A stretch of DNA of 20,000 bases from an uncultured delta proteobacterium. GTDB lineage: Bacteria; Desulfobacterota; Desulfobacteria; Desulfobacterales; SG8-13. The DNA lies in contig CAWKCK010000007.1 in NCBI GenBank assembly GCA_963848135.1, forward strand, positions 48,121 to 68,120, given 5' to 3'. The stretch's first letter is position 1; each line of letters opens with the position of its first letter. The position numbers and the translations under genes are program-made. Positions 17,860 through 20,000 of this stretch are shown here, one piece after another. The notes beneath the pieces are model-generated. The model saw only the letters and a list, made by a program, of their open reading frames with translations, was not told where the DNA came from and did no database searches.

Positions 17860-18496
17860 TCATAACAAAGCGACCGCTCTCACCGGCGACCCATCTGCTT
17901 CCTCGAATTTGAGGGGAAAACAGGAAAAAATGAACGGGATGACCGGTATCAAGTCCAGATTTTTCAAGTTTTCAATAATAACGGTATCGTTTTTCAGTAA
18001 AATATTGTGGACGGGAAAAGCTCTTGGAATTGGTCTCATCTACGGAAATGGCATCCACACCGATCCCCTTTAGGTTAAACTGACTGAGCCATTCCGCCGC
18101 TTCCATCGACAACACCGGGTACCTGGAGAAATAGGCATCGGCCCCCCAATGGCGACTCCAACCCGTGTGAATCAGCAGGAACTCATTCTGCCTGAGCATC
18201 TCTTCGCAAAACGCCAGGTCCTCTTTATCGATAATAGGGTTACTGTTGGCCGAGACATCAACCAGAGCGGCTTTGCCGTAAAAATGGTCAAGTGACAGTT
18301 GATCCAGAGTTTTCGACTCTTTGAGCATGTGCGCCGGGGCATCCATATGGGTTCCGGTATGCGAGTAGAAGGTAATCTTCTTTTCCAAAAAACCGTTATC
18401 TTCAATGGAGCATCCGGTTGTGAAAACCGGTGGCTCTGTCCCCGGGTAAACGGGCATGTGCGCAGAAATTGCGTGCGTTAAATCAATGATCTTCAT
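17860..18496 (-). CDS. Cyclase-family metal-dependent hydrolase (kynurenine formamidase-like), one frameshift at about 18016-18019
   Basis: MKIIDLTHAISAHMPVYPG, HTGTHMDAPAH (HxGTHxDxPxH), LIHTGW, IGVDAISVD. Removing one base from the 4-nt run restores FPVHNILLKNDTVIIENLKNL...FPLKFEEADGSPVRAVALL ending at TGA 17860. Confidence 0.88.
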
Positions 18497-18627
18497 GGTT
18501 GGCGACCTGGTGTATCCCCGGCCTTGATCTATTAATGATGTGTGACGCCAAGGGATCCAGGGAGTCAAAGTCCCCTGGATGTGCCGGAATCTGGCAAGGA
18601 TAAAGATTGTTAATTGATAAATAGAAA

Positions 18628-19674
18628 TCACAAAGTCGCAATCTCTATGTTATCGAAGTTCCGTCGGTAGAACTTCATATAATCAACTTTGCGTTCCAGC
18701 GCTTCAATGACACCCTGTGTAAACGTGGCCTTTTCAAACTTCTGTGCACTGCCCAATCCCCCTGGGCTAAATACATTGATTTCCATGAGCTTATCGCCCA
18801 CAATGTCGAGCCCCACAAGGAACATCCCATCCTGAACCAGCTTCGGTCGCACGACCTCTGCTACTCGCAGGTGAGTATCTACAATTTCGGCCTTAGCCAA
18901 CTTGCCGCCGGCATGAATATTACTGCGCATATCGTCGCCTGTGCGCAGGCGCCGAAACGCTGCGTATTTGCCTTTGTATCGGAAAGGCTGACCGTTCATC
19001 AAAAAAAGCCGCGTATCACCCTCTTCCGCTGCTGTGAGGTATTCTTGCGCAATGACATAGCCGTCGCGCGATAGTGCTTCAATCATCTGGTTAAGGTTGG
19101 AAGCTTCTCCCGGTTTGACCAGAAACACACCGGAACCGCCAGAGCCCTGGAGTGGCTTCAGCACGGCTGTGCCCCCTTCGTCTTTGATGAATCGTTTGAT
19201 TTCCTTGCGGTCTCGGCTTATCAGAGTTCGTGGCCGTACTTCCTCAGGGAACAGCTGAAAGTACATTTTGTTCGTGGCTTTCGCCAGCCCGTTCGGGTCG
19301 TTCAGTACGATGACTCCGTGCCGCATCGCCACGCGTCCGAATAAAATCCCTGCGTTCTGGGCCCAGGTTCTGTGTCCAGTGTCTTGAGACGGATCGCTTC
19401 GAAGCAATAAGACGTCCAAATCATCGACTGTTATTTTTTCGGTCTTGGCCTTGGGGCTCCACAGATCATCAAGGTATGACTGTCCTGACTTGTATTTGGC
19501 GCGAGGCACTGTACGGGCGATTGCGTGGACCTTGTCGTCGGTATCATAGATGAAGTCCCCTGCACCGATGTGCCAGGCCTCGTACCCTTTAATTTTTAAT
19601 TGCATTGCCAGTCGGGTGGTCGTGTATCCAGGCATTTCAGTTTGAATGTCATTTACCATTAGTCCGACTCTCAT
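18628..19674 (-). CDS. Glutathione synthetase-like ATP-grasp peptide ligase
   Basis: TTTRLA, LLRSDP, VLNDPNGL...NKMY, VLKPLQGSGGSGVF, IAQEYL..A.EGDTRL, RSNIHAGG, VGLDIVGDKLMEINVFSPGG match the prokaryotic GshB fold; extra C-terminal tail YRRNFDNIEIATL. Confidence 0.85.
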   Translation of the reverse strand: MRVGLMVNDIQTEMPGYTTTRLAMQLKIKGYEAWHIGAGDFIYDTDDKVHAIARTVPRAKYKSGQSYLDDLWSPKAKTEKITVDDLDVLLLRSDPSQDTGHRTWAQNAGILFGRVAMRHGVIVLNDPNGLAKATNKMYFQLFPEEVRPRTLISRDRKEIKRFIKDEGGTAVLKPLQGSGGSGVFLVKPGEASNLNQMIEALSRDGYVIAQEYLTAAEEGDTRLFLMNGQPFRYKGKYAAFRRLRTGDDMRSNIHAGGKLAKAEIVDTHLRVAEVVRPKLVQDGMFLVGLDIVGDKLMEINVFSPGGLGSAQKFEKATFTQGVIEALERKVDYMKFYRRNFDNIEIATL

Positions 19675-20000
19675 CGTCTCCCCTTTCTTTCAATTAAATT
19701 CAATACGGTGCCGTCTTGAGAAATCTTTGCCAACCGTTTTTGTGCGGCTGGATTGTCCAGATAACGGGGTTGCAGTGGCGGTTCACGCAACAGTTTGCGC
19801 TTCAACAACTCGTTTACCACAGGAACATGGTTTGCGCTAATTTTTCCTACCAACAAGGGGATAAGGTCCCCTCCTTTTTGCAGATAGTGGATCAGTTGGA
19901 CCAAGCCTCGCAGATATGAAGCATCCTTGGTCAACCCGCCGCCTCGATAGACTCTCATTGTTATCATGAACGAATTATGGTGACTGAAGGCGTATGTCCG
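19671..20000 (-). CDS. C-terminal part of a QEGLA-motif / DUF1704-type putative metallopeptidase; 5' end outside the window
   Basis: Open frame from 20000: RTYAFSHHNSFMITMRVYRGGGLTKDASYLRGLVQL...LLVGKI. RVYRGGG.TKD..YLRG is the C-terminal motif I recall for this family. ATGA overlap with the ligase gene. Confidence 0.72.
   Translation of the reverse strand, partial: RTYAFSHHNSFMITMRVYRGGGLTKDASYLRGLVQLIHYLQKGGDLIPLLVGKISANHVPVVNELLKRKLLREPPLQPRYLDNPAAQKRLAKISQDGTVLNLIERKGRR

Noticed and set aside
18497..18631. 45-aa N-terminal extension of the cyclase ORF, and the hairpin ATCCAGGG/CCCTGGAT at 18555-18580 as a terminator
   Set aside because: Family homology begins at MKIIDLTH (18496); the hairpin has no U-tract on the minus strand.
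1..20000. CRISPR arrays, tRNA/rRNA genes, integrase, prophage or defence systems
   Set aside because: No regularly spaced repeats, RNA-gene signatures or such protein motifs were seen by eye.

Overview
Bacterial chromosomal window of moderate GC. Gene content suggests a Desulfobacterota/deltaproteobacterial anaerobe (inference only). Left third: a signalling cluster with a partial receiver-domain gene, an NtrC-family sigma54 activator, a REC-PAS-histidine kinase and a divergent hybrid kinase with a degenerate N-terminal receiver. A candidate sigma54 promoter with tandem palindromic enhancer sites lies at 435-576. Middle: MTH1187-family protein, thiol-dioxygenase-like cupin, cytoplasmic gamma-glutamyltransferase-family enzyme, a VOC gene broken by an in-frame TAG, an anchorless SdhA/SdhB pair abutting a TPR-like hypothetical, a small HTH protein and a TPR protein. 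Right part: two copies of a ~210-230 bp highly structured MITE-like element (imperfect TIRs, 3-bp target duplications), a B12-binding radical SAM gene, a membrane protein, a flavodoxin-fold quinone reductase, a cupin, a cyclase-family hydrolase, a GshB-like ATP-grasp ligase and the 3' end of a QEGLA/DUF1704-type gene. At least five single-base homopolymer frameshifts between 15.4 and 18.1 kb suggest sequencing/assembly error or local gene decay. Best candidates for novelty: the structured MITE, the anchorless SdhAB + TPR-like unit, the atypical thiol dioxygenase + GGT pair, and the ATP-grasp/QEGLA module.
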